Shown: in pieces, positions 8,261 through 16,457 of the stretch | Position numbering within the stretch: position 1 is the stretch's first letter | How the letters are laid out: each line of letters begins with the position of its first letter | Position numbers and translations under genes: made by a program | Notes under the pieces: generated by a model | What the model was told of the DNA's origin: nothing | Database searches by the model: none | The model's input: the letters and a program-made list of their open reading frames with translations, nothing else | NCBI GenBank assembly: GCA_005223125.1 | Contig: NJBH01000052.1 | Span: forward strand, 1-20,656 | Reading direction: 5' to 3' | DNA: 20,656 bases | DNA from: Promethearchaeota archaeon Loki_b32 | GTDB taxonomy: Archaea; Asgardarchaeota; Lokiarchaeia; Sigyniarchaeales; SOKP01

Positions 8261-9913
8261 TTGAGTCAATGGAAAACAATAGCCAAAAATGAACTTCGGA
8301 TTAAGACTAATCGATTTAGAAATCATCGACGATTATTTTTCATTATAATTTTTTCACTTTCTTTATTTTGGGGTCTATTTCTTGGGCCATTTTTTATTGA
8401 TGCGATTATCCCTGATATAATCAAAGAGTTTTCTAATCAGTTTGAAAGTCTAGTTGTTCTAATTATTGAATTTACCTTTGCATCATTTTTTTTAATACAA
8501 GTTATGTATCCTTTGTTCGTTCTGTTTAGAAAAACTGAGATAGATAGGAAAGAAATTATATTAGCAACCCCTGTTAAACCAGCTGATGTTATTTTTGGTG
8601 AATTTCTAGGCCAAGCGCCATTTTATTTTCTATTTATTTTGATAATTGGTCCTTTTGGATTAACAATGGTTTCTCAAATTAATCCGGAAATGAACATATT
8701 CCATTATTTAATTTTCTATATATGCTTTTTTGCCTTACAAATGTTTGGTTCGTTAATAGGAGTCGTTTTATCTAATTGGATTGAAAAAAGATTTTTATTA
8801 AGAGAGAAATTAAAGAATTCTGGAAATATGCTTATATTGATAATTTCCATTTTAGTAATCATTATATTTTACTCATTCCATTTCATGTTTAATCTTATAA
8901 GAGATAATCCTGAATTAAAAAACGTTTTCTTATTTTATCCTTCATTTTGGTATTCAAATATTATTTTATTTTTTATAGATTATTCATATGTAGAAACATA
9001 TTTTGTAAATATTAATGCCAGTATAATTTTAGCGATTATTATCCCTCTCCTTTTTTCGTACATTTTCTATAAAAAAGCATCAGTTTTTTATGACTTAAGA
9101 TTAGGAGTTGAAAAAGAATCTAAAACATTTAAGCAAGAAAAAAAATTTTACCAATTTATTAGAAAAATAACTCCCAGGAAATATAAGGGACTTGTTGCTT
9201 TCCAATTTAAAGCATTTATAAGAAAAAAAGAAAATGTAATAAAATTGGTATATATCATTGGAACCATAAGCCTTCTTGGAGTGATTACATATATTACCTT
9301 TGAAAGCTTAATTTTTTCATTAAATATTGAGCCATTCGGTTTTCCAATAGTATTACAGGTTAGGTTTGATAAAAATGTGATAACTGTTATTTTAGCATGG
9401 ATGGGGGGATTGATTTTTGGTTTATTAATGGGAATGTACGATTTTTTTGGTTCTAAAGAGTTGGTATATACCTATAAGAAATCCCCAAGAGGAGTAAAAG
9501 CACTCCTTTATTCGTATATATATAAGTCAATGTATTTACTAATAGTCTATTCTATTATCTTAACTGTTTTTTTTACTGCTGTATTTCAATTGGATGTTAT
9601 TATCTCTTTATTATTTTTCTTAGGATATATCCTAAATAGTATAATTATTATTCTTCAATCTATGGGAATTCAATGTTATAGGCCTCGATTTCATGAACAG
9701 CGTAAAAACCTAGTTATTAATAATTATATGATCTTGTTCTTTCAAATAATATCCTTTTTATTAACTATTTTTATCTTTATACCTACTACTCCAGTTGGAA
9801 TGAGCCCTTATTTAGGGCTTATTTTTATAATACTTATTAATCTTGGAATATCTGGAATAATCGCTTCTATAATATTTTATTTGGGGATAAAAAAACTGAA
9901 TGTACTAGAATAA
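8261..9913 (+). CDS. Polytopic membrane protein, ABC-2/exporter permease-like with two halves
   Basis: Many TM segments; amphipathic WKTIAKNELR start, EIILATPVKPADVIFGEF permease-like motif, second half beginning LVAFQFKAFIRKK. Confidence 0.7.
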   Translation: MSQWKTIAKNELRIKTNRFRNHRRLFFIIIFSLSLFWGLFLGPFFIDAIIPDIIKEFSNQFESLVVLIIEFTFASFFLIQVMYPLFVLFRKTEIDRKEIILATPVKPADVIFGEFLGQAPFYFLFILIIGPFGLTMVSQINPEMNIFHYLIFYICFFALQMFGSLIGVVLSNWIEKRFLLREKLKNSGNMLILIISILVIIIFYSFHFMFNLIRDNPELKNVFLFYPSFWYSNIILFFIDYSYVETYFVNINASIILAIIIPLLFSYIFYKKASVFYDLRLGVEKESKTFKQEKKFYQFIRKITPRKYKGLVAFQFKAFIRKKENVIKLVYIIGTISLLGVITYITFESLIFSLNIEPFGFPIVLQVRFDKNVITVILAWMGGLIFGLLMGMYDFFGSKELVYTYKKSPRGVKALLYSYIYKSMYLLIVYSIILTVFFTAVFQLDVIISLLFFLGYILNSIIIILQSMGIQCYRPRFHEQRKNLVINNYMILFFQIISFLLTIFIFIPTTPVGMSPYLGLIFIILINLGISGIIASIIFYLGIKKLNVLE

Positions 9914-9924
9914 AACCTACTTGA

Positions 9925-10191
9925 TTATTTTTCTTTTAAAAATTTTTTCTTTAAGAATCTAACAAAAGTATCAAATATAAGAGGAAAAAATAATATTAAG
10001 AACCCTATTGGATTAAAGATAAGATGATTAAAAACTAATGTAAGAATTTCGAGAGGACTAAATGAAAATAAGTTGAGAATAAAAAACAAAAAAATCGCCG
10101 AACCAACTACTAATAAAAAAATATTTGATTTAATTGATGAAACAAAAAGTATTATTAACATTAAAAAAATAAGCGAATCGGCGAATTCCAT
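9925..10191 (-). CDS. Small hydrophobic membrane protein
   Basis: ATG start, about three hydrophobic segments, basic C-terminus; fills the gap between convergent genes. Confidence 0.55.
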   Translation of the reverse strand: MEFADSLIFLMLIILFVSSIKSNIFLLVVGSAIFLFFILNLFSFSPLEILTLVFNHLIFNPIGFLILFFPLIFDTFVRFLKKKFLKEK

Positions 10192-10261
10192 ATAATTACT
10201 AATAAATGATTTTTAATAAATTTAAATTAAAAAAAAAAATAAGATTTTTAGTTATTGTATT

Positions 10262-11980
10262 TTACTTGTTTCTTTTTCGAATATAATAGATTATACCAAT
10301 AACTGTTAATGGCATTACAATCATAAGCGTTGTTATTTCATATCCAGGAATAATTTCATCATCTGTTACCAAACTAATGGATATCGCTGTTACTCCCTCA
10401 GAAGATAAACTAGCCTTGCTAAGAAGCCCTAATGAATTCCAGGATGCTGAAAGTTCAAAAGCATTGGTAATTCCACCTGCAGAAATTGTAGCTTCAGTAG
10501 TTATAGTTGACCAATCATAATTCGTTGCGACTATTAAACATTGCGTGAAAACAGCTTGGTCTAATAAAGCAATTTTTGGATCTGAATATGAGGATGGATC
10601 TACAATATAGCCTTCCATTGTTAAATTAAGAAGAAATGCTAATGGCACTATATAAAACTCTTCTTCAGGAGGTGGGTCAGCTAGAGAAAGTGTTGATGTA
10701 AGATTACCGATCAGTTCTTCAAAATCCATCCAAGTTTGCATATCAATACTGATAAAAAGCGTCATTTCTATTTCTGTTGCTCTTTGACCTCCTAAAGTCG
10801 ATGTTGCTTCTGCACCTATATTATCTATTGCTACTTTTATACCCAATGTAGTAGGAATTGTTGCACCTAAAGTCTCTAAAGCCTCATACATTGCATCCCA
10901 TTGTGGCAAAACAGAGGTAGTAAATTGTGTTTTACCTTGTTCAACTAGAAAAATAGCTAATTCTTGAATTGTCATATTTACCCAATTAGGAGGAAACATA
11001 TCTTGAGGCATGGAATAGTTAACAGAGTACATCATCATATCAATTCCCCATTTGAGAATTGCTGACATATTTGCTCCATCAAGCGTCTGATCCATTAAAG
11101 TAAGATTACCATTCATCCAATCAGCTTGATAATCTAAAAGTTCTATAATACTGTCAGATTCCCATCCGGGTGGTGATGTATTATTGATTCCATACCATAG
11201 ACCGTCAAGTATAGTGGAAAGATTCGTATTGAATACTTCAAGTGGCATCATGAAGGGGAATAGATCTTTCATCACTTGGCCTTCTGATCCAGGGAATTCC
11301 ATATAGAATGCAGATAGCAACTGATCCATCATCAAATATGTCAAAAAGCTTTCTGTTGCTAAAGGAAAAGCTTCTGTTATAATAGACTCAAAAAAAATAT
11401 CTAAAGTCAATTGTTCCCATACATCTGGTATTAACCCAAATAGTATAGTATTATTAAATTCATTTATAGCTAGAGGAATTAAGTGTTGAATGGGATGATC
11501 TTCCCATCCTAGAGGCAACGTATAATTAAGCCCTTCAATTGCGTAATCCATAAATGTAGAATAATTTAAAGTTCTCCAATCACCTGGAATATATCCATTA
11601 AGAAATGTAGAATTAAAGTCTTCTACAAATTTCTCAACTGTTTCTTCAAGTAATTCCGATATGTTCAATACTTCCCAACCTAAAGGTAAAATAGTATTTA
11701 ATAATGTATGAGATATGTTTTCCATTGCTTCAGGGAGTGTTTTGGATTCCAAACCGAATAAATCTAATTCTGATATTTTAGTCTGTATTTCGGTCATTAG
11801 GCCTTCAACATTATGCATAGTGTTATTGATACCCTCTAGATTTAAGTCAATTCTCCATTCGTATTCACTTCCTTGTGTAACTCCAACATAACCGTTTGAT
11901 TGTGTTCTTGAAACCGTCGCAAAAGGAATCAAAGTAATTGCAACCACCATAAAAACAGTTAATATTTTAACTTTTTTCAT
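10262..11980 (-). CDS. Secreted or cell-surface glycoprotein with C-terminal sorting signal (Loki-CTERM-like)
   Basis: Signal peptide MKKVKILTVFMVVAITLIPFATVS, then YVGV..G..YEW; acidic body with many N-x-S/T sequons; ends IPGY + TM helix + RKRNK. Confidence 0.85.
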   Translation of the reverse strand: MKKVKILTVFMVVAITLIPFATVSRTQSNGYVGVTQGSEYEWRIDLNLEGINNTMHNVEGLMTEIQTKISELDLFGLESKTLPEAMENISHTLLNTILPLGWEVLNISELLEETVEKFVEDFNSTFLNGYIPGDWRTLNYSTFMDYAIEGLNYTLPLGWEDHPIQHLIPLAINEFNNTILFGLIPDVWEQLTLDIFFESIITEAFPLATESFLTYLMMDQLLSAFYMEFPGSEGQVMKDLFPFMMPLEVFNTNLSTILDGLWYGINNTSPPGWESDSIIELLDYQADWMNGNLTLMDQTLDGANMSAILKWGIDMMMYSVNYSMPQDMFPPNWVNMTIQELAIFLVEQGKTQFTTSVLPQWDAMYEALETLGATIPTTLGIKVAIDNIGAEATSTLGGQRATEIEMTLFISIDMQTWMDFEELIGNLTSTLSLADPPPEEEFYIVPLAFLLNLTMEGYIVDPSSYSDPKIALLDQAVFTQCLIVATNYDWSTITTEATISAGGITNAFELSASWNSLGLLSKASLSSEGVTAISISLVTDDEIIPGYEITTLMIVMPLTVIGIIYYIRKRNK

Positions 11981-12174
11981 GTTTTCTTCAGTTTTGTTTT
12001 TTTTTTCACTTTATTATTAGAATGAAAATTTTATAATAAATATCCAAATCCAGTTATTTAAATTTATATGATTTGGTTTGATATACAAAAATGAATTTTG
12101 TTTTTTTATTATTCTGTGTAGATTTCCCAGGACTATAATTTTTATAATAGATATTATCCTAATTATCCATAATA

Positions 12175-12897
12175 ATGAAATTTATTAGATATGAATCTAG
12201 ATTTAAAGCGGGTAAAATCTTAGCAGAATTTATTGAAAATAGAGAAAACTCTATTAAAAATCTTCTTTTAGAAAATCCATTTAAATTCTTTTGTTTTGCA
12301 ATTCCTAATGGGGGTGTACCAGTTACAGAAGGATTTTGCTCTAAATATGATTTAAACTATGATTTATTAATTGTTCGGAAAATAAAGATTCCATTTAACA
12401 CAGAGGCAGGATTTGGAGCGGTTACAACTGATGGAACTATCCTCATCAATGAACCTTTATTAAATAGATTAAAGTTGTCAAAAAATGCGGTAAAGGAATC
12501 AATTGACTTAACCAAAAAAGAGATTGCTGAGAGATTAACATTTTATAATAAAGACTCAAAAACTGCTCAATTTTATAAGGAAAAAATCCAAAATAAATAT
12601 ATCTTCATACTTGATGATGGGTTAGCTTCAGGTTTTACTATGCTAGCAGCAATCAGCATGTTAAAAAAATATCTCCCATTAAAAATTTTTATCGCTGTGG
12701 CAACAGCACCCCTCAGAACTGTCGAAAGGATTAAAACTGAAATTGATAATATATTTTGTCCGAATATAAGAGATGAATTATGGTTCGCTGTTGCTGATGC
12801 TTATAAGAATTGGTATGATGTACCTGAATCTGAAGTGTTAAAAATAATCAGTGATTCTAAATATTATATATCTAATTTAGAAAAGATTGCTCTTTAA
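12175..12897 (+). CDS. Type I phosphoribosyltransferase (COG1926-like)
   Basis: R..AG..LA, AIPNGGVPV, VRKI..P.N.EAGFGAV, PRPP-binding loop ILDDGLASGFTM, AVADAY..W.DV. Confidence 0.9.
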   Translation: MKFIRYESRFKAGKILAEFIENRENSIKNLLLENPFKFFCFAIPNGGVPVTEGFCSKYDLNYDLLIVRKIKIPFNTEAGFGAVTTDGTILINEPLLNRLKLSKNAVKESIDLTKKEIAERLTFYNKDSKTAQFYKEKIQNKYIFILDDGLASGFTMLAAISMLKKYLPLKIFIAVATAPLRTVERIKTEIDNIFCPNIRDELWFAVADAYKNWYDVPESEVLKIISDSKYYISNLEKIAL

Positions 12898-12908
12898 AGG
12901 AGTTATGA

Positions 12909-12950
12909 TAAAAGAAAAAACGCACTAATAAAAGAAAAGTAAAAAAATAT
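12909..12950 (-). terminator. U-rich terminator-like tract downstream of the 98-codon gene
   Basis: Minus strand reads several T runs (tttttttacttttctttt...ttttttctttt) just after the TAA at 12954, typical of archaeal intrinsic termination. Confidence 0.4.
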
Positions 12951-12953
12951 AAT

Positions 12954-13250
12954 TTAAGCGCTTTCCAATTTGAATAAGATAGAAGCATGGGGAATGTAGA
13001 ATTCATCCTTCTTCTTAATTACGACTGTGTGAAAATATTCAGCAAGACCGAGGAAACCACGAATAACTGATTCATCTTCCTCGAATCTGAAGATTACAGA
13101 AGCAATAGCGGCCCCTGTACTGAAGCTAACTTTATCATAGACTCTTTCGTCAATTAGAGGGATTTTAAGCTCATTTACAATTTCATATACCCTTTTTTCA
13201 CAAACCTAACGAGATGCTAAGCCTATTATGAAGAGTTCACGTTTAGGCAT
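12954..13250 (-). CDS. 98-codon hypothetical protein interrupted by an in-frame TAG at codon 15 (nonsense allele, sequencing error or recoding); absent from the ORF track
   Basis: Manual translation: MPKRELFIIGLASR*VCEKRVYEIVNELKIPLIDERVYDKVSFSTGAAIASVIFRFEEDESVIRGFLGLAEYFHTVVIKKKDEFYIPHASILFKLESA-stop. GGTGA lies 7 nt before the ATG; no in-frame ATG follows the TAG (13206-13208). Confidence 0.75.
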
Positions 13251-13257
13251 ATTTTTT

Positions 13258-13262
13258 TCACC
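13258..13262 (-). promoter_or_regulatory. Shine-Dalgarno GGTGA for the gene starting at 13250
   Basis: + strand tcacc = GGTGA on the minus strand, with a 7-nt spacer to the ATG. Confidence 0.65.
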
Positions 13263-13551
13263 AATGCAGTTTAAACTTTATTGTTCGTGTCTTATTTTTA
13301 AAATTTATTTTAAAATTTATAAAGTAATTAATTTTTAAACTTACTAATGAAATATTTTATATAATATTATTAGTTTAGGATTTTTAATAATTAACGTTTT
13401 TTTAGATGTAAGTAATATTTGGGTATATAGAGTCAATTAAGAATGGAATAAAAATATAAATACATATTAATATAATTAAAATATAAACATTATAAATAGT
13501 AATTTTAATTTTAATCTATTTTTCAATAATATTAGAGGAATTGAGTAGAAC

Positions 13552-14253
13552 GTGGTTTCAAAAGAACAGAAAAAAATTGAACGAGTAATTAATTTTATGA
13601 AAAAAGGGTTAACTTCTTTAGCTGATGATCTAGAAGAAACTGTTAAAGGGTTAAATGATTTTATCAAATCTTTAGCTAAAGCTCAGAAGGATTTGAAGGA
13701 AGTCTCTGTTGTTGACGAAATTCAAACTGTAAGCACTTCCTCTAAAAAAATAGTAACGCCAACAAGTGAGGGTGCTAAAACAGCAGCAGCCAGTACATTA
13801 TTTAGCTTATTAAGCAGCGGTGGAGGTGCTGCTCCTGCAAGCGCTCCTACTCCTGCTGTGGCCTCTACATCAGGTATTCCTGCAGCTCCTGCACCTCCAA
13901 CTGGTGGTGGGCCTCCTAAAGCGCCATCTATTGGCCCTCCAAAAGCACCAACTGGTGGTGGGCCTCCTAAGAAACCAAGTTTACCCCCTGCTCCAAAATT
14001 ACCTCCAACTGGTGGTGGGCCTCCTAAAGCACCAAGTGCTCCTTCTAGCGGTGTCCCCCCGGCAGCGCCCGCGTTTGCAAAACGACCTGCAGTTCCCGGT
14101 GCTCCTCCTGGTGGCGGACCTCCTCGTCCTCCTGCACCTGCTACTCCAGCAGCACCAGCAGTAGCTTCTCAAGCAGGTGGTGGTTTAGGTTCTCTTCGTG
14201 ATGAAATGTTAGATGAATTAAATCGTTTGAAGAAAATTATGAGAGGAGAATAA
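13552..14253 (+). CDS. Coiled-coil + proline-rich + C-terminal amphipathic helix (WH2-like) protein
   Basis: N-terminal heptad-like helix (about residues 8-52), long Pro/Ala/Gly tract with PTGGGPPK x3, C-terminal GGGLGSLRDEMLDELNRLKKIMRGE. GTG start; T-run follows the stop. Confidence 0.8.
   Translation: MVSKEQKKIERVINFMKKGLTSLADDLEETVKGLNDFIKSLAKAQKDLKEVSVVDEIQTVSTSSKKIVTPTSEGAKTAAASTLFSLLSSGGGAAPASAPTPAVASTSGIPAAPAPPTGGGPPKAPSIGPPKAPTGGGPPKKPSLPPAPKLPPTGGGPPKAPSAPSSGVPPAAPAFAKRPAVPGAPPGGGPPRPPAPATPAAPAVASQAGGGLGSLRDEMLDELNRLKKIMRGE
13897..14027 (+). repeat. Three identical 23-bp direct repeats CCAACTGGTGGTGGGCCTCCTAA (coding, PTGGGPPK)
   Basis: Copies at 13897-13919, 13948-13970 and 14005-14027; periods of 51 and 57 bp keep the frame; degenerate copy (PGGGPPR) near 14107. 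Confidence 0.95.
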
Positions 14254-14256
14254 TAG

Positions 14257-14283
14257 TTTCAATTTTTTTTACATATTCTTTTC
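14257..14283 (+). terminator. Oligo-T terminator-like tract after the proline-rich gene
   Basis: T8 run at 14263-14270 plus further T runs shortly after the stop. Confidence 0.35.
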
Positions 14284-14392
14284 GAGTTATCTATTCTCTT
14301 AATTCTATTTTCTAAAATCTTTTTCTTAAATTTATCAATAAAATTTTTAATTTTTAATAAAGTGTATATATTTAATATCAGAAAATCCTCAT

Positions 14393-15121
14393 ATGATTTG
14401 TGATGATAATATTCTGATTATTGTTCCTAGAAGAATAATGGTTTTCGCAGGACATCCTGATGATGAATTAATCTCTTGCGGAGGAACAATCTTAAAATAT
14501 CAAAATCTAGGGTCAGAAATTAAAATTATTATAGCTACATCTGGATCAGGAGGGTATGCAAAAGACCATGAAAAAGATAAAATTCTACAGCAAAGAAAAA
14601 GTGAACTATACCTTATTAAATCAATACTAAATTGCCATTTTGTAGAATTAAATTATTTAGATTTAGAAATAACTAGAGAAAAAATCTCTCAAATAACAAA
14701 TTTAATAAGGGATTTTAAAACACAAATAGTTCTTATTCCACATTATACTGATTTTCATAGGGTTCATAGAAATTTATCATTAATTACAAGGGAAAGTATT
14801 TATCATTGTTCTTCCGGGAAAGCATATGGAGGTCATCAGAGGAGTTGGACTCCTTTAGGAGTATATTATTATGAATCTCCTTCATGCAAGTTTCAATACA
14901 TAGAAGGATCTGTTTTTGTTATAGTGAATATTGAGGATTATTGGGAAAAGAAAAAAGAAATTTTTAATCAAGTATATACTTCTCAAAAAGAAGTCTTAGA
15001 ACGGGTCCTAGAATGGGCAGAGGATATAGCTATTCTAAGGGGAAACGAAATTAATAAGGTTTTTGGCGAAGCTTTTATGCCGGAGACTACTTATACTCCA
15101 TTAAAGATTCTATTAGTGTAG
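14393..15121 (+). CDS. PIG-L/LmbE family N-acetylglucosaminyl deacetylase
   Basis: MVFAGHPDDE..CGGT metal motif, R..E, D.HRVH (variant of HPDH), SQ and EAF near the C-terminus. Confidence 0.9.
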   Translation: MICDDNILIIVPRRIMVFAGHPDDELISCGGTILKYQNLGSEIKIIIATSGSGGYAKDHEKDKILQQRKSELYLIKSILNCHFVELNYLDLEITREKISQITNLIRDFKTQIVLIPHYTDFHRVHRNLSLITRESIYHCSSGKAYGGHQRSWTPLGVYYYESPSCKFQYIEGSVFVIVNIEDYWEKKKEIFNQVYTSQKEVLERVLEWAEDIAILRGNEINKVFGEAFMPETTYTPLKILLV

Positions 15122-15214
15122 AAGTAAGTATATTTTTTTAATAAATAAAATAATATATTAGATATAACTAAATCGAGTAGTATTCTAAAAAATAAATTTG
15201 AACCAAAAAAAGGT

Positions 15215-16336
15215 ATGGGAAATCTAACAGTTGTTCTTGATATTGGGCAGTTCAGTTCAAAGATAGGCCTCGCAGGAGAGGACAGTCCATCGCAAGTGTT
15301 CCTAACGATGGTTGGAAAGCCAAAATATCAAAGTGTTAGTGTTAATTACGAATCTAAGAAATCTAGTGGAGATGAAATATACGTAGGAGATGAAATTCAA
15401 TCAATTGGGTTATATAAAATTTTCCATCCTATAGAAAAAGGCATTATTGTTGATTGGACCCATTTCAAGATTATCCTTGATTATATATTCTATAACTTGA
15501 GAGTAGATCCTACACTTGTTAATATTTTATTCGCTGTTCATCCATTATTTCCTTATAAGGATTTAGAGAAAATCTTTGAAGTTTTCTTAGAACAATTCCA
15601 AGTAATGGGATTTTATCCCGTTCTAGACAGTATGTTAACATTATATTCTGGTGGTTTTCAAACAGGATTGATTGTGGAGATTGGAGATAGTAATACAAGA
15701 ATAGTTCCTATATATGAGGGATATAAATTGGAACACGCAGTAAGGATTTTGGATATTGGAGGCAGAGTATTAACTCGTCACATGGAGCAAACTTTAGAGT
15801 CTATTGGTTGGTCAGTTGATTCCTCAATACGAAGAGAATTAGTTAGGGTTTTAAAAGAAAAGGCGTGTTTTGTCTCATTAGACTATAAAGAAGATCTGAA
15901 ACGTAGTGAACAATATGAGAAAGAATATTCTTTACCAGATGGCTCAACTATTTCACTAAATAAAGAACGGTTTATTGTACCTGAAATACTATTTAAACCA
16001 ACTTCACAATTAGAAGAAGATGCACTACACGTAGCTATAATGGATGTAATTGAAGCATGTGACTTAGATATTCGCCCTGACTTGTTGAATAACATATTTC
16101 TTTCTGGTGGTTCATCTATGTTTCCAAATTTAAAATCACGAATTTATCAAGAATTAGAATTAGAGTTAGCGAGAAGAAAGAAGAAAAGTCAAATGATTAG
16201 AATTATTGCTCCTATGGAACGTACGTTTTCTGTATGGATTGGTGGTTCAATCTTAGCAATGATTCCAGAATTTTCTCAGAATTGGATTACTCGAGCTAAA
16301 TATTTTAATGAAGGAATCCCACCAAATCTTCTATAA
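15215..16336 (+). CDS. Actin-related protein (eukaryote-type actin family, Asgard Arp-like)
   Basis: Colinear with actin: VLDIGQFSSKIGLAGED.P, YVGDE, PIEKGII.DW, VPIYEGY, LDIGGR.LT, LKEKACFV, YSLPDG..I....ERF..PE.LF.P, CDLDIR..L..NI.LSGGSSMFP, IIAP.ER.FSVWIGGSILA. Confidence 0.96.
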   Translation: MGNLTVVLDIGQFSSKIGLAGEDSPSQVFLTMVGKPKYQSVSVNYESKKSSGDEIYVGDEIQSIGLYKIFHPIEKGIIVDWTHFKIILDYIFYNLRVDPTLVNILFAVHPLFPYKDLEKIFEVFLEQFQVMGFYPVLDSMLTLYSGGFQTGLIVEIGDSNTRIVPIYEGYKLEHAVRILDIGGRVLTRHMEQTLESIGWSVDSSIRRELVRVLKEKACFVSLDYKEDLKRSEQYEKEYSLPDGSTISLNKERFIVPEILFKPTSQLEEDALHVAIMDVIEACDLDIRPDLLNNIFLSGGSSMFPNLKSRIYQELELELARRKKKSQMIRIIAPMERTFSVWIGGSILAMIPEFSQNWITRAKYFNEGIPPNLL

Positions 16337-16457
16337 TAAGTATCATCTCACTTCTTAGAAAATATCCCCATAATATTATGATATTACATTTTGTTAAATA
16401 ATAATTTTCAATAATATTTCATATTGTAAACACTCTTTTTTAAAGGGATAAAAGAAT

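Noticed and set aside
13290-13325. Short tandem TTTTAAAATTTAT repeat or palindrome in the divergent promoter
   Set aside because: Expected by chance at this AT content; cannot be supported as a binding site.
13897-14027. CRISPR-like pattern of 23-bp repeats with 28- and 34-bp spacers
   Set aside because: The periods are multiples of three, the spacers encode the same Pro-rich sequence within an ORF, and there is no leader or cas gene.
13476-14164. ORFs 13476-13667 (-) and 13820-14164 (+, Leu/Gln-rich)
   Set aside because: An antisense shadow and a +1-frame by-product of repeated CCT/CCA/GCT codons in the proline-rich gene.
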